This document shows positions 1 to 11,489 of a DNA stretch of 64,000 bases, one piece after another. The stretch is from Octopus vulgaris (taxonomy: Eukaryota). Made by a program: the position numbers and the translations under genes. Under the pieces are notes generated by a model. That model was not told the DNA's origin and made no database searches. It saw nothing but the letters and a program-made list of their open reading frames with translations. Position 1 is the stretch's first letter, and each line of letters opens with the position of its first letter. The stretch is taken from assembly GCA_951406725.2 (NCBI GenBank), contig OX597821.1, forward strand, positions 27,900,001 through 27,964,000. Direction: 5' to 3'.

Positions 1-155
1 GCGAAATACGTGGTGCTTCGTCTGTCTTTACGTTCTTAGTTCAAATTCCACTGAGGCCGATTTTGCCTTTCATCCTTTAGAAGTCGAAAAGTTAAGTACC
101 AGTTGTGCACTGCGGTCGATCTAATTAACTGGCCTCCTCTCCCAAAATTTCTCTA
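1..155 (+). mobile_element. tRNA-derived SINE, Meta/MESC-domain-like, cut off by the window edge
   Basis: B-box-like GTTCAAATTCC followed by the Meta-like core TTTGCCTTTCATCCTTT..GTCGA..TTAAGTACCAG, shared with many copies in the window. Confidence 0.8.
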
Positions 156-313
156 GAGTAGAGAGAATATCAAAGATGTGTCTCTTTATGAATATGCTTG
201 CATATTTGACTGCACGTCATTTGGGTACACTTGTGTGTGTAACATTCGTTTGTGCGTATATTTGTATGTATGCTTGTATGCGTGGTCAGTAATTGTCATA
301 TATACATATATAT

Positions 314-617
314 GTGGAGGCACATGGCCTAGTGGTTAGAGCCGCCGACTCACGGTCGAGGCATCGCGGGTTCGAATCTCAGACCGGGTGATGTGTGTGT
401 TTATGAGCGAAAACACCTAAGCTCCACGCGGCTCGGCAGAAGGTAATAGCGAACTTCTGCAGACTCTTTCGCCACAAATTTCTCTCACTCTTTCCTTCTG
501 CATCTTGCAGCTCACCTGCGACGGACCGGCGTCCCGTCCAGTTGGGGAACCTATACGCTAAGAAACCGGGAAACCGGCGCTTATAAGCCAGGCATGGCTC
601 GAGAAGGAACAAACAAA
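314..617 (+). mobile_element. Full-length tRNA-derived SINE with V-domain-like core
   Basis: A box TGGCCTAGTGG, B box GGTTCGAATCT, GCGACGGACCGGCGTCCCGTCCAG...GAAACCGG core and (AAAC)n tail. Very similar to 21001-21305. Possible low-complexity TSD ATACATATATAT (302-313 / 618-629). Confidence 0.88.
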
Positions 618-648
<31 letters not shown>

Positions 649-1389
649 AGTGTGTGTGTGTGTGTGTGTGTTTATATAGATATATATATATATAGAGAGA
701 GAGAGAGATAGAGAGAAAGAGAGAGAGAGAGGCAGTGTCATATTCATCTTAAATAACGTCTTGCTAATATATAGAAGGCGTTGTTGTATGAAGTTAGTTA
801 AAATTAGTTACATCACAGCTTGCTTTCCTTCATTTTCGTTTCCTCTTCAATGATTATTTAAATAAATTGGCCATATGTTAAGAATTCCTGTTCCTTATTG
901 CGGTTTATAACACACCAAGAAATATTCTGCCGTGATTGTAATCGCGATTCGAAATTTAGATCATCGATTCCCTATACTAGATAATTTGTAGATTTAAATT
1001 ATATTTCATGCAACCAACAATAGATATTTCAGGTTGATATCAACACAAGTTAAGATTAACACTTAACATTTGGTTCGTTTGGCGTCAAAACCATTCCGAT
1101 TTATTCTGGTTATATTTCAAATAACTAAAGGAATTAACTGACAAACAACTTTTTTCTCTCTCTCTGTCTATCTGTCTCTCTCTATCTCTCTGTCTCTGTC
1201 TCTCTCTTTCTCGAATTATCTGTGTGTGATTGTGTACGCGTGTGTGTACGAGTGTGTGTGGACGGGTGTGTGTGTGTAAGTATATATGTAAGCATACATA
1301 GAAACTAATATATATATATAAGTATGTATGTATGTATGTTTATCTATATATACATATATATTCTTCTATTTTTTTCATTCATTTCACTG

Positions 1390-1472
1390 TGGCCCCGCTA
1401 AGTTACGGTGACGTAAACACACCAACATCGGTTGTAAAGCGATGGTTGGGGAGGGGACAAACACAGACAAAC
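1390..1472 (-). mobile_element. Fragment of CORE-like SINE family (3' half)
   Basis: Reverse complement matches the ACAACCGATGTTGGTGTGTTTACGTC..GTAACTTAGCGG segment of 31797-32235. Confidence 0.75.
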
Positions 1473-1478
1473 AAAAAT

Positions 1479-1539
<61 letters not shown>

Positions 1540-1557
1540 TCTGCATATATATATTAT

Positions 1558-1609
<52 letters not shown>

Positions 1610-4045
1610 CACATACACATACAAACACTCCTGTAATATATGTCCTACTGTGTATAGTTATGCAAGTACGGTTTGCATGCATTTTGGAGGGACCGCATGT
1701 GTTTTTATACACGCCATTGTCTTAAATATTTTTATACGCATCATTATGTTAAACAATTTCTGTTTTAGAGCTTCTCTGGAAACATGGTGTTTCGTAAAGC
1801 CTTTTGAAAACGCTATGTTGAACGAGGAACAAAAACATTTTAAGTCATTTCTTCAATCCGATTAAAAATTTCTACATCCTCTTTTCCATTTCAAAGGGAG
1901 TATTGCAGGACACGGATGAATGTTTCTTTTATTTAGCGATATCATATAGGGTTTAGAGTGGAAATGCCAGTGAAAAAGCTAACTGCCATAGACAAAGATG
2001 ATCCTATCACTTATAATTCTACGTCACGCATGACCGGAGAAATGTAACAGATAAATATTTCACAGTAACAGATTTATATTTCAGAGTAACATACTGTGTG
2101 GCCGTTGCAACATCTTAGACAACTATATAATTTCCATGTGGATATATCTAATTTACAATTTGTTAGTCCACCGTTATCTAAGTGAGTAATAGTGGTACAT
2201 ACATCTCTGATACTTTATGGAAGTTGTTGTAGTATGGAACAACAAATCAGAACGATCTACAGTGCTACAATTATACATTAAGCTATAGAGCTACTGAAAA
2301 CTATTCTATATTTTTTTCTAAATTGTTATCAATACTAATTTTGCTGGAACTCCAATGCATACCACTTGATAAAGAAGATAAATACATAAATGTTTAAAGC
2401 AAAATTTGACATTGGTTTCTACAATTATTTTGAGACCAAATAATTTTACTCTTTTTTCATATTTGTTTTATACAGTGATGGGATCAATGGATTAAATATC
2501 ATTTTATCAACGAGAAAATGTAAGTTAACGTACATCGAGGTTCGAACACAGCATGTATTAAGGTAGAAATGTATACCACAAAATACTTTCACAAGTTCTT
2601 TATAAATTGTGACATCCATATCCTCCATCATGTCTCAAATATTGATTTCGTTTTAATAGCCAGAAAGATAATTTCTCCCGGTGAGGGTCGATTAATTTTT
2701 GCAAAGTTTGCTCAATCGACAGCAATATATTACTAGAATTCGTTTATTGACATTGCTATTATAAATTGGGAAATTAGATTTGAGCTGAGACGCATAAGAG
2801 GTGAAACTAAATCTTCTAATGTGTTTCATTTTGGAAACTTCCATATTAAAAGCTATGTTAGTTTTCATGGGGATAATGAGAATGTTTGACATTCATTAAT
2901 TTATTAAAGGTATCAGTGTTGTTAATGAGAATTGGCTTCAACTATTTATCGACGCAATCTTTCTAACGTCATACACCATTCGGCTAAGGTTTCATTTATG
3001 CTGGATTCATTTTAACTGACACAAATAACTAATATTCTAGCGGATGTCAGAAATTAGAAGAAGTATAATCTCCATGTCTTCTATAAGAGTGAACGTTCAT
3101 GGAAATTGTTTTAAGTGAAGAATATTACTAACCGAGACGAGTCTTTAGAGATGTGCATATGGTTACAAGACAGGTGAGTGGTAGTAGTTAATTCTCCCTC
3201 AAGCTGAAGGCTGACATTAAATATGCGTTCAATGTTGGAAAGTAATCATTGAAAAATAAAACAGAAAAGAGAAACTGGACACTGGAACGCGTCCAGAATG
3301 ACCGAGGGTTAAAAAAGCTATCCCATATTACCGACAGATTAAATTGTGGTCATATATTCCTTCTTCACTCGTTTTAATACTGTTTAGTATAGCTCTCTTA
3401 ATTCAACTCTCAGAGAATGGAATAAGCAGAGCAACCGCACACAAGAATGTTGCTGAGGAGGCCACAGATGTTTGACAAAGGATTTCCGGACAATGGATAT
3501 GAGTTAGAATAAGAAGAGTAATAAAAGCGTGAAGAATGTATATATAGTGCGTGGGTATATTTGGCACAAAAATAAAATAAAATACCATCCCGAAATACAA
3601 CTATATCTGTTTCAACACACGACGTTACCCCAGGAATCTTGCAACACAAATTCATAATCGTAAAGATTAATTACTATTTAATATATTCACTAAAAATACT
3701 GCCTAAAATAGCGCTGCATATTCTGGTGAGGAGGTACAGATGAGTAAAATGTCCTCAATGATTTGATGCAATATAGAAGAGTAAAACGACCTCAATGATT
3801 AACTTGTACACAAATAATCACTGCCGGAATATGTAAGGTAAAATTGAATAACCGAGTGAGTTGTAAATATATACTCTAAAGACATTAGAATTAGTGCCAT
3901 TCAGTTTAATTCCACCAACATCTGACTGTTGGCTGCATCTAGTACAACATTAATAAGGAAAAAATCTGGCGTTTCGAGAGTGTGTAACTGAAATCAATAT
4001 CAATTTCCTACTTGGTGCCAAATATATTCCTTCTAGTTATATTAT

Positions 4046-4262
4046 ACGGCGGTGAACTGACCGAATCGTTAGCACAACGAGCAAAGTGTTTAGCGGCAAT
4101 TTGTCTGTCTTTACGTTCTGAGTTCAATTTCCGCCAAGGTCGACTTTGACTTTCATCCTTGCGTTGTCGATAAAAACGTACCAGTTGAGCACTAGCGTTC
4201 ATTTAATCAACTTTCTCCACTTACGCGAAATCTTTGGCCTTGTGCAAAACTTTGAAATCAGT
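4046..4262 (+). mobile_element. Meta/MESC-like tRNA-SINE
   Basis: GGCGGTGAACTG..GAATCGTTAGC head, GAGTTCAA B box, GTCGACTTTG.CTTTCATCCTT core, GGCCTTGTGC 3' part. Confidence 0.82.
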
Positions 4263-5248
4263 GTTATAACGTATATCATAACCTTACCTACTCTGACCCC
4301 TAAAAGATTTACATATATATCATGTTGAATTCTAGCCTAAATTAAGTATGCTAGTATTCTGGAGATTCCTATCGAAGAATCCTGCAAAATTCACAGTGTT
4401 TTCAACATTCCCCCTGTATACAAGGCGTAAATAGAATTCATGGGCCAAACCTATGATGAGCATGACATTCTAGTACAATTTCGTAGGAAGGCTGTTTTAC
4501 CAGAGACTTTTTCAGTATACATTTTCATTTCGAGAATAATATTTTCATGTATATAATTGTGTTCAAAAATAATTTCTGTATTTTTTACTTCCAAAAAAAA
4601 AAATTTGATACTTAAATGACGTTTCAGAATTAAAATTACGTTTAAACTGAAATGAGAATTGTTGTTTTACTGATTGATATACTTTGGAGACTAGTTTACC
4701 TAATGTAAACTTCATTTTTTTCCCTTCGGATGTATGTTTTTAATCAAGATATCATCTTGATTAAAGAGGGACATAATTTTATTTATTAGAGTGAAAGCAA
4801 ATAGACTTTAGAATATTTAATCAGACTGGGATTCACTTGAATAAAAGCTAATACACAGTTAATATAATAAAGTCTGATGAAATATGTTGTTATTAAAGTG
4901 GTTTTGAAACTAATATATTAAAATACCGCTACGCCACGGGCGATAAGGACGGTTGAAAGTGTTAAGAAGTGGAATCGAAAAGAAAATAATCATAATGACA
5001 TTTCGAGATTCTATAGTTGTTAAGATAGAGAAATTGATATGATTTATTCTTTCTATTGATTCGTCTCCAACAACAGCAGCGGTTTGGCTTCTCTTTTATT
5101 CAGTAATTTATTTTCCGTTAATACACCGCTGGTAATTTGTGGCTTATTTTAAATGGTTTTTCAGTCTTCACATAAATATAACAATTCTAATTCGTCTCCG
5201 AATGCTTCAATTAATGTATGGCAGAACAATCTTTGTGGCAGTTGCTTT

Positions 5249-5260
5249 TTCTTCTTCTTC

Positions 5261-5292
<32 letters not shown>

Positions 5293-5332
5293 CTTCTTCT
5301 TCTTCTTCTTCTTCTTCTTCATTCTTCTTCTT

Positions 5333-5363
<31 letters not shown>

Positions 5364-5612
5364 ATCTTCTTCTTTTTCTTCTTCTCTTCTTCCTCCTTTT
5401 CTTCTTCTTCTTCCTTCTTCTTCTTCTTCTTCTTCTTCTTCTTCTTCTTCTTCTTCGTCTTCTTCTTCTTCGTCTTCTTCGTTTTCCTCTTCTTCTTCTT
5501 CTTCTTCGTCTTTTTCGTTTTCCTCTTCGTCTTCTTCTTCTTCTTCTTCTTCTTCTTCTTTGTCTTCTTCTTCTTTGTCTTCTTCTTCTTTGTCTTCTTC
5601 TTATTATTATTA
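5249..5612. repeat. Long imperfect (TTC)n/(GAA)n microsatellite
   Basis: About 350 bp of TTC triplets with GTC/TTT interruptions, then (TTA)n. Confidence 0.97.
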
Positions 5613-5614
5613 TT

Positions 5615-5716
5615 ACATTTGTGAAGAAAAACAGATACCCTTACCCCCACCCTAACCCTAACCCTAAAACAGATTGAAATGCAATAGAGCGATACTAGGC
5701 TCATAATTATGGGTTT
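5615..5716 (-). mobile_element. Inverted internal fragment of the TTAGGG-bearing TIR element at 6262-6681
   Basis: Reverse complement of about 6315-6415, including CCCTAACCCTAACCCTAA. Confidence 0.85.
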
Positions 5717-6261
5717 ATTATTATTATTATCATTATTATTATTATTATTTTTATTCTAAGAGAAGGACTTTAGTCAAAATCACAGATCGAAGTACTTAAC
5801 GAGGAAGTTTATGTTATCGGGCCCCGAAACGAATTGAAAGCATTTGTTAAGTTGATCTTAACAGAGTTTGAACCGAGAATGCATTCTTTACAAAGCGTGA
5901 GAAAGAATACAACAAAATATTTTCTTGTGAACTCGTTACTATGCATTAGTATTTAACTTAGGCACATTGCCAATAATATTGATTCGATACTATCTATTCA
6001 TTACTTCATTGGCGTGATTCCGCAACCCCAGAGAAATAAAACATACAATTTAACTCGGCCAGATTTTAAACTATGTTGTAAGAAATCGGAATAGACAGTC
6101 TAACACATGTCTTCCGAGCTCAAATGATTCTTCAAGCTCGCCACTTTTATAATATTGGATTTCTCATTAGCTACGAAATCTAACATTTGTAGTGAGGAAA
6201 TGATATGCTCAAATACTTGAATAGTGCAATTTTTTGTGGATCTCCTAGGGATAAAATGCTT

Positions 6262-6681
6262 GGATTTGTTCGGTTTGAACGGCAGTTTTTCTAGCGGTGT
6301 CATATGAAATTGTCACCCATAATTATGACCCTAGTATCGATCTATTGCATTTCAATCTGTTTTAGAGTTAGGGTTAGGGGTGGGGGTAAGGGTATCTGTT
6401 TTTCTTCACAAATGTAAATAAACCCAATCTGTTTCTTAAACGAGGAACATATTCATACGGCACAGAATGTTTTTTTTTACCTCAATAGACGTATTTGATT
6501 GGTTGAAATTGCAGAAATTGAAGAAAAAAGGCAACAAATACCTTACAAACTATAGAATTTTCTCAATAAAGCCAAGAGAAAAAGATGTTTTATAAACACA
6601 TTCTACCAGTAGACGAAGTTTAACATTTTTTTAGTTACCTAGAAATTATGTTAAAAACTGCCGTTCAAACCGAAAAGACCC
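6262..6681. mobile_element. Non-autonomous DNA transposon (MITE) with ~29-bp TIRs, 8-bp TSD and internal TTAGGG repeats
   Basis: Left GGATTTGTTCGGTTTGAACGGCAGTTTTT, right AAAAACTGCCGTTCAAACCGAAAAGACCC. AAATGCTT duplicated at 6254-6261 and 6682-6689. Confidence 0.88.
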
Positions 6682-7139
6682 AAATGCTTAACTGATAATA
6701 AGGGAATTTGAATTCAAAACGTAAACAACCTCAAGTAAATGTAACACTGAAAATCACTGGATTTGAACCTAAATCGTTTGAAACACAAGCCCGAGGCCGT
6801 ACCAAGTGGAGCTATTATATCGCCATCGGAACCAAAAAATTCGAAACCACCAAAAGGGAGAAGGAAGAAATCAAACGACAGGACAGAACGGTTGCACAAA
6901 ATCATCCTCGTCCTGCACCAACATTACAATGCCATTAAGTCTTGCATGCAAGAATTTGTCTTTATTGTTATCAATGGTATCACCGTAAAGGAAAGCGTTC
7001 AGCAAAGAAGAAAATAAATTCTCGTACACGAGGTAAATTTGACGACGTCGAAATAACACAAGGTAATTTGTGTAATATTCTGACGATTACATATACCAAA
7101 CAATACAAATATTTATTAGTCGAATATGTAAAATTAAGT

Positions 7140-7860
7140 GCCTTTTCACCGACAGATTTAAAAATTAATTCTTTGTAACTAAAAACTTTCAGACTTCGGA
7201 CGCTGCTAGAATGTGTCATATAAAACATCTTTTACTCTTAGCGTTTTTGAGAAACGCTTATATTTAGGAAGTTATTTCACGTTAAAGTTGTAGTATTTCG
7301 GTAATTTAAACCAATCAATAGCTGAGTAAAATTACTGCTGTTGTTTGTCAACTAGAACTTCCGGTGGTGTATATTTCGTTTATCACCGTTATATATGACA
7401 ACCCTAACCTTAACCCTAAATCCTAAACATTAAACCTTGGCCCTAACCCTGACCCTAAAACCTTAAACCTAACCCTAACCCTAAAGCCCTAACCCTAACC
7501 CTAAAGCCCTAACCCTAACCCTAAATCTTTAACCTTAACCCTAAAGTATTACAGCTAAAACCAGTACAAACACATGAACGATGTCACAAATAACAGTGAC
7601 ACACGAAAAATACACCGCTGATAATTGTTGTTGACAAACAACGGCAATAATATTATTCAGCTGAATACACGTCATTGATTGGCTGAAATTCACGAAATAC
7701 TACAACTTTAACGCGAAATAACTTCCTAAATATAAGCTTTACTCAAAACCTCTAAGAGTAAAAGTTGTTTTATATGACACATTCTACCAGTGTTCGAAGT
7801 TTGAAAGTGTTTCGTTACAAAAAATTATTTTAAAAATCCGTCGGTCAAACGGTAAAGATC
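7140..7860. mobile_element. Foldback element: ~260-280-bp inverted arms around a (CCCTAA)n-like core
   Basis: 7140-7400 is an imperfect reverse complement of about 7580-7860. 7401-7545 is degenerate CCCTAA/CCCTAAA repeats. The right arm resembles the right arm of 6262-6681. Confidence 0.88.
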
Positions 7861-8372
7861 TCATTGTTTTACTGATCTCAGAAGGGAGAAAAGCAAATTC
7901 ACTCACGCTGAATTTGCAAACGGAAAGCAAAGAGTTGTAAGTAAATAGCATGAGATGTGTGTTTTTCTTATTAAATAAATAAACAAATAAATAAATGATG
8001 AGAACAACATCAATAAAAGAGGAAGCACTCTGGATTTAGACACTATGAAACAGATGCGAGGAGTTAGTCCATTATATCTGTCTCCGTTCTCCATTTACCT
8101 AGAAATAATGAATAGCAAAGATGACCTCCGACTCACGGAAAAAGTACAACTTGGGCTTTCATTCTCTCAAAGATGTGGAGTTATACTAATTACCATTTAC
8201 GTGTGCCACTATAATTAGCTTAATTTCCAAATCAGTTTGCTTTAAAAAAACAAGTAATGTTTAATTAAAAAAATAAGCTCTATTACTTCAATAATTTACG
8301 TATGGTCGTAATCATCAGAACAATCAAGGAACCTCGTCTAATACTCAAATCAGACAATCTAATTTAAGTTAG

Positions 8373-8430
<58 letters not shown>

Positions 8431-8633
8431 TTGTTTCTTTACTACCCACAAGGGGCTAAACACAGAGGGGACAAACGGGTTAAGTCGATTATATCGATCC
8501 CAGTGCGTAACTGGTACTTAATTTATCGACACCGAAAGGATGAAAGGGTAAGTCGACCTCGGCGGAATTTGAACTCAGAACGAAATACGGCAACGCATTT
8601 CGCCCGGCGTGCCAGCGTTTCTACCAGCTCGCC

Positions 8634-8635
<2 letters not shown>
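8431..8635 (-). mobile_element. Meta/MESC-like SINE inserted in (TAA)n
   Basis: Reverse complement of family consensus with the TTTAGCCCCTTGTGGGTAGTAAAGAAA 3' end, flanked on both sides by (TAA)n. Confidence 0.88.
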
Positions 8636-8679
<44 letters not shown>

Positions 8680-8680
<1 letters not shown>

Positions 8681-8955
8681 GGTATATGTGGACTACACAA
8701 ATGTATATGACGTGATCCCACACTCGTAATTTATTGATTGACTTAAACTGCTTAAGTTCCCCCATAATATAATGAAGTTAATACGAAACTCAATGATAAT
8801 GTGGCATACTGAACTCTCACCATCGGAAGATAAGCTAGGAGAGGTAAATATCAAAAGAGGAATCTTTCAAAGGGACAGTCTGTCGCCTCTACTATTTGTT
8901 GTCTGCATACCGCCACTAAGAAGCGTTTTAAGAAAGATGAGTGTGGGGTACATGC
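8680..8955 (+). pseudogene. R4/Dong-like non-LTR retrotransposon RT fragment
   Basis: ORF 8772: ..GEVNIKRGIFQRDSLSPLLFVVC.. matches the RT motif GIFQGDSLSPLLF. Confidence 0.8.
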
Positions 8956-8959
8956 TACA

Positions 8960-9418
8960 GCATATGTTCTGGTCAATACCACAAATTTTCTTGTCAATTG
9001 CTTGACCTTCGCCAGTTGAGCATTTTACTTAGTGGCTGACGATACATGCAACTCTGACAACGAGCAGGAGTAGATGTTGTAAGGAGTATCATAGCCATGT
9101 GGCGAATGGAATTCTTTGTGCTCTGAATAATTCGACTCTGGAAACATAGGTGTTTCATTCAACATCATTAAACAGACCTTACTCAGGGATTTTTCGATCG
9201 GGATGGTGTACTCAACATAAAAACAGTTTTAACTGGTCTCCACCTGTAATATCATGCGCTGTTTATCTTAATATGTGATCACCATGTCGCGCACAAATGT
9301 GTGTGATGTGCCTGGTGTAGCCTTGTGGGACAGGTTGTCATGATGAGTACATATTGTTCTTCGTATATCTATATATCAGTGTCATTTTGATAGCATGCAT
9401 TGCTACCTCAATCAAAGA
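8960..9418. mobile_element. Unclassified interspersed repeat, copy 1 (truncated)
   Basis: Colinear similarity with 9740-10183; ends in (TAA)n. Confidence 0.75.
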
Positions 9419-9419
9419 T

Positions 9420-9629
<210 letters not shown>

Positions 9630-10185
9630 CGCAATGATGCAGTACCAGACAGTGGCTCTCATGGCTTCTGATCTTAACTGACCAGATGTTTTATGATATA
9701 AATTGTTTAATCTTGATATAAAACATAGGCAACAGCAAATATTCTGCTGAGCACCACAGATTTGCTCGTCAGTTGTTTGACCTTAACCAGGTGAGTATGT
9801 TCCTTGTTCACTGACGATATGGGCATCTCTGATCACGAGCGGAAATAGTGGGGGTGCATCATAACAATGTGTATAGAGTAATTCTTTGGGGTTTGGATAA
9901 TTCACCTCAAGAAAAATAGGTGTTTCATACATCAACCTTAAACAACCCATTTTTAGAGACCTTTTGATCGGGATGGGCTACTGAACCAGAAGAAAATTCT
10001 AACTGGATCTTACCTGAAGTTTTATACACTGTTTATCTTGATATGAGATCACCATGTCGCGCGCATATGGTTGTAATGGATGTGCCTGGTATACTCTTAT
10101 CAGACGGTTAGTTATGAGGGTTATATTGGGCTTCGTATATTGCACCCGTGTCACTGTAATGGCATGCACTGCTTTCTCACTCAAT
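9630..10185. mobile_element. Unclassified ~555-bp interspersed repeat, copy 2, embedded in (TAA)n
   Basis: Similar to 8960-9418 (e.g. GATCACCATGTCGCGC, GATCGGGATGG); flanked by TAA-type repeats on both sides. Confidence 0.75.
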
Positions 10186-10206
10186 GATGATGGTGATAAT
10201 AATAAC

Positions 10207-10270
<64 letters not shown>

Positions 10271-10292
10271 GTAATAGTAATAGTAGTAGTAA

Positions 10293-10328
<36 letters not shown>

Positions 10329-10419
10329 CAGCAGTAATGATAATAATAATAGTGATGATGATGATAATGATGATGATGATGACGTCCAAAAGTTCTTTAT
10401 TAGGCATATTAAGTCTTAC

Positions 10420-10840
10420 TTAGAATTACAACAAATATTCAAACTGACACTGCGTTCGGACAACAATACTGTAAATTAATTACATTAATTTGGACCTGAT
10501 ATTGTTGTAAATATTTATTACACGACCTCACGGTACATAGGAAAAGAGGGACCGATAGAACGACGACTTTCTGGTTCATTAATCTTAATCAGCAATTGGA
10601 TACCATATATCCTAAAGCTAATTGCGATTTCATATTGGCTTTAGTATAAATGGTATCCAATTGCTGATGAAGATTAATGAAGCAGAAAGTCCTCGTCCTG
10701 TCGATCCCTCTTTTCCTGTTCATGGTAAGGTTGTACAACAAACAATTACGACCGTCTTTTGTATTAAGTTAATAGAATTAATTTATGTAATTATTATACA
10801 AACAAAAGGTCGGCAAGAATATTTTGTTGTAATCCTCACT
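10420..10840. repeat. Long imperfect inverted repeat (hairpin)
   Basis: About 10520-10622 is the reverse complement of about 10633-10737; outer ATTACAACAAATATTC / GAATATTTTGTTGTAAT also pair. Confidence 0.85.
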
Positions 10841-10946
10841 AAACTTTAGTAAAAGAAATAGGCATTTTTTTAATGACGAAAGTAGTAATTTATATATTGA
10901 TAAATGAAAGAATGGTGTCGAACGACGATTTAACAAAATTTCTTTA

Positions 10947-11029
10947 TTCTCGACATATGTTTCGAAGACTGCATATTCTTAATTCCGAAGGAATAAAGGG
11001 TGCATTATGCTGTCTTCTCATCAGGAAAG
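10947..11029 (-). ncRNA. Type-I hammerhead ribozyme motif (Penelope/retrozyme-type), core intact
   Basis: Minus strand: tttc-CTGATGA-GAAGACaGCATA...TATGCaGTCTTC-GAAA-CATATG-TC-gaga. Palindromic stem III ACATATGT, GUC triplet. Confidence 0.8.
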
Positions 11030-11134
11030 ACAAGGAACTTATGTCAGCATCATGACGAACAAAACCTTTTAGATGACTGCCCACACGGAGTCCATAGTGA
11101 TAATCCGTACCAGGATAATTCATTCAACTACTTA

Positions 11135-11193
<59 letters not shown>

Positions 11194-11489
11194 TACAAAT
11201 AACGAGTACCATGCTGATAGAGAAATACATACATGAAGGAAAAATGAAGTAATTACACATTCAGAATCACCATGGGAACGGAATATGCTTTCTGCACCAG
11301 CTGATTTCAATCTCCAGGTGTGTGTTTAAAATTACCAAAATCCGTTCTTTTCATTTTCTCTACACTCACTCATTAGTCAATAAATTCACTAGAGAAAATC
11401 ATCTCCATCACACTCCATTTCAAATATCCCTACTGTCCATCACCACCACCACCACCACCACCACCGCTATCACTACAGTCGCCTGTATT

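Noticed and set aside
314-390. tRNA gene (also 21001 and 31797)
   Set aside because: A and B boxes run into SINE bodies with tails and TSDs; these are SINE heads.
1769-1865. Possible terminal exon [31 protein letters not shown]
   Set aside because: Only an acceptor-like TTTTAG; no recognisable homology or other support.
2446-2892. Possible Penelope RT-like peptide (RRFSFTSYASQLKSNFP)
   Set aside because: Resemblance too weak to call without a search.
4870-4922. Plus-strand CTGATGA...GAAAC
   Set aside because: No convincing stem II, stem III or stem I; likely chance in AT-rich DNA.
7401-7545. True telomere or chromosome end
   Set aside because: Short, degenerate and enclosed by inverted arms in the middle of the sequence.
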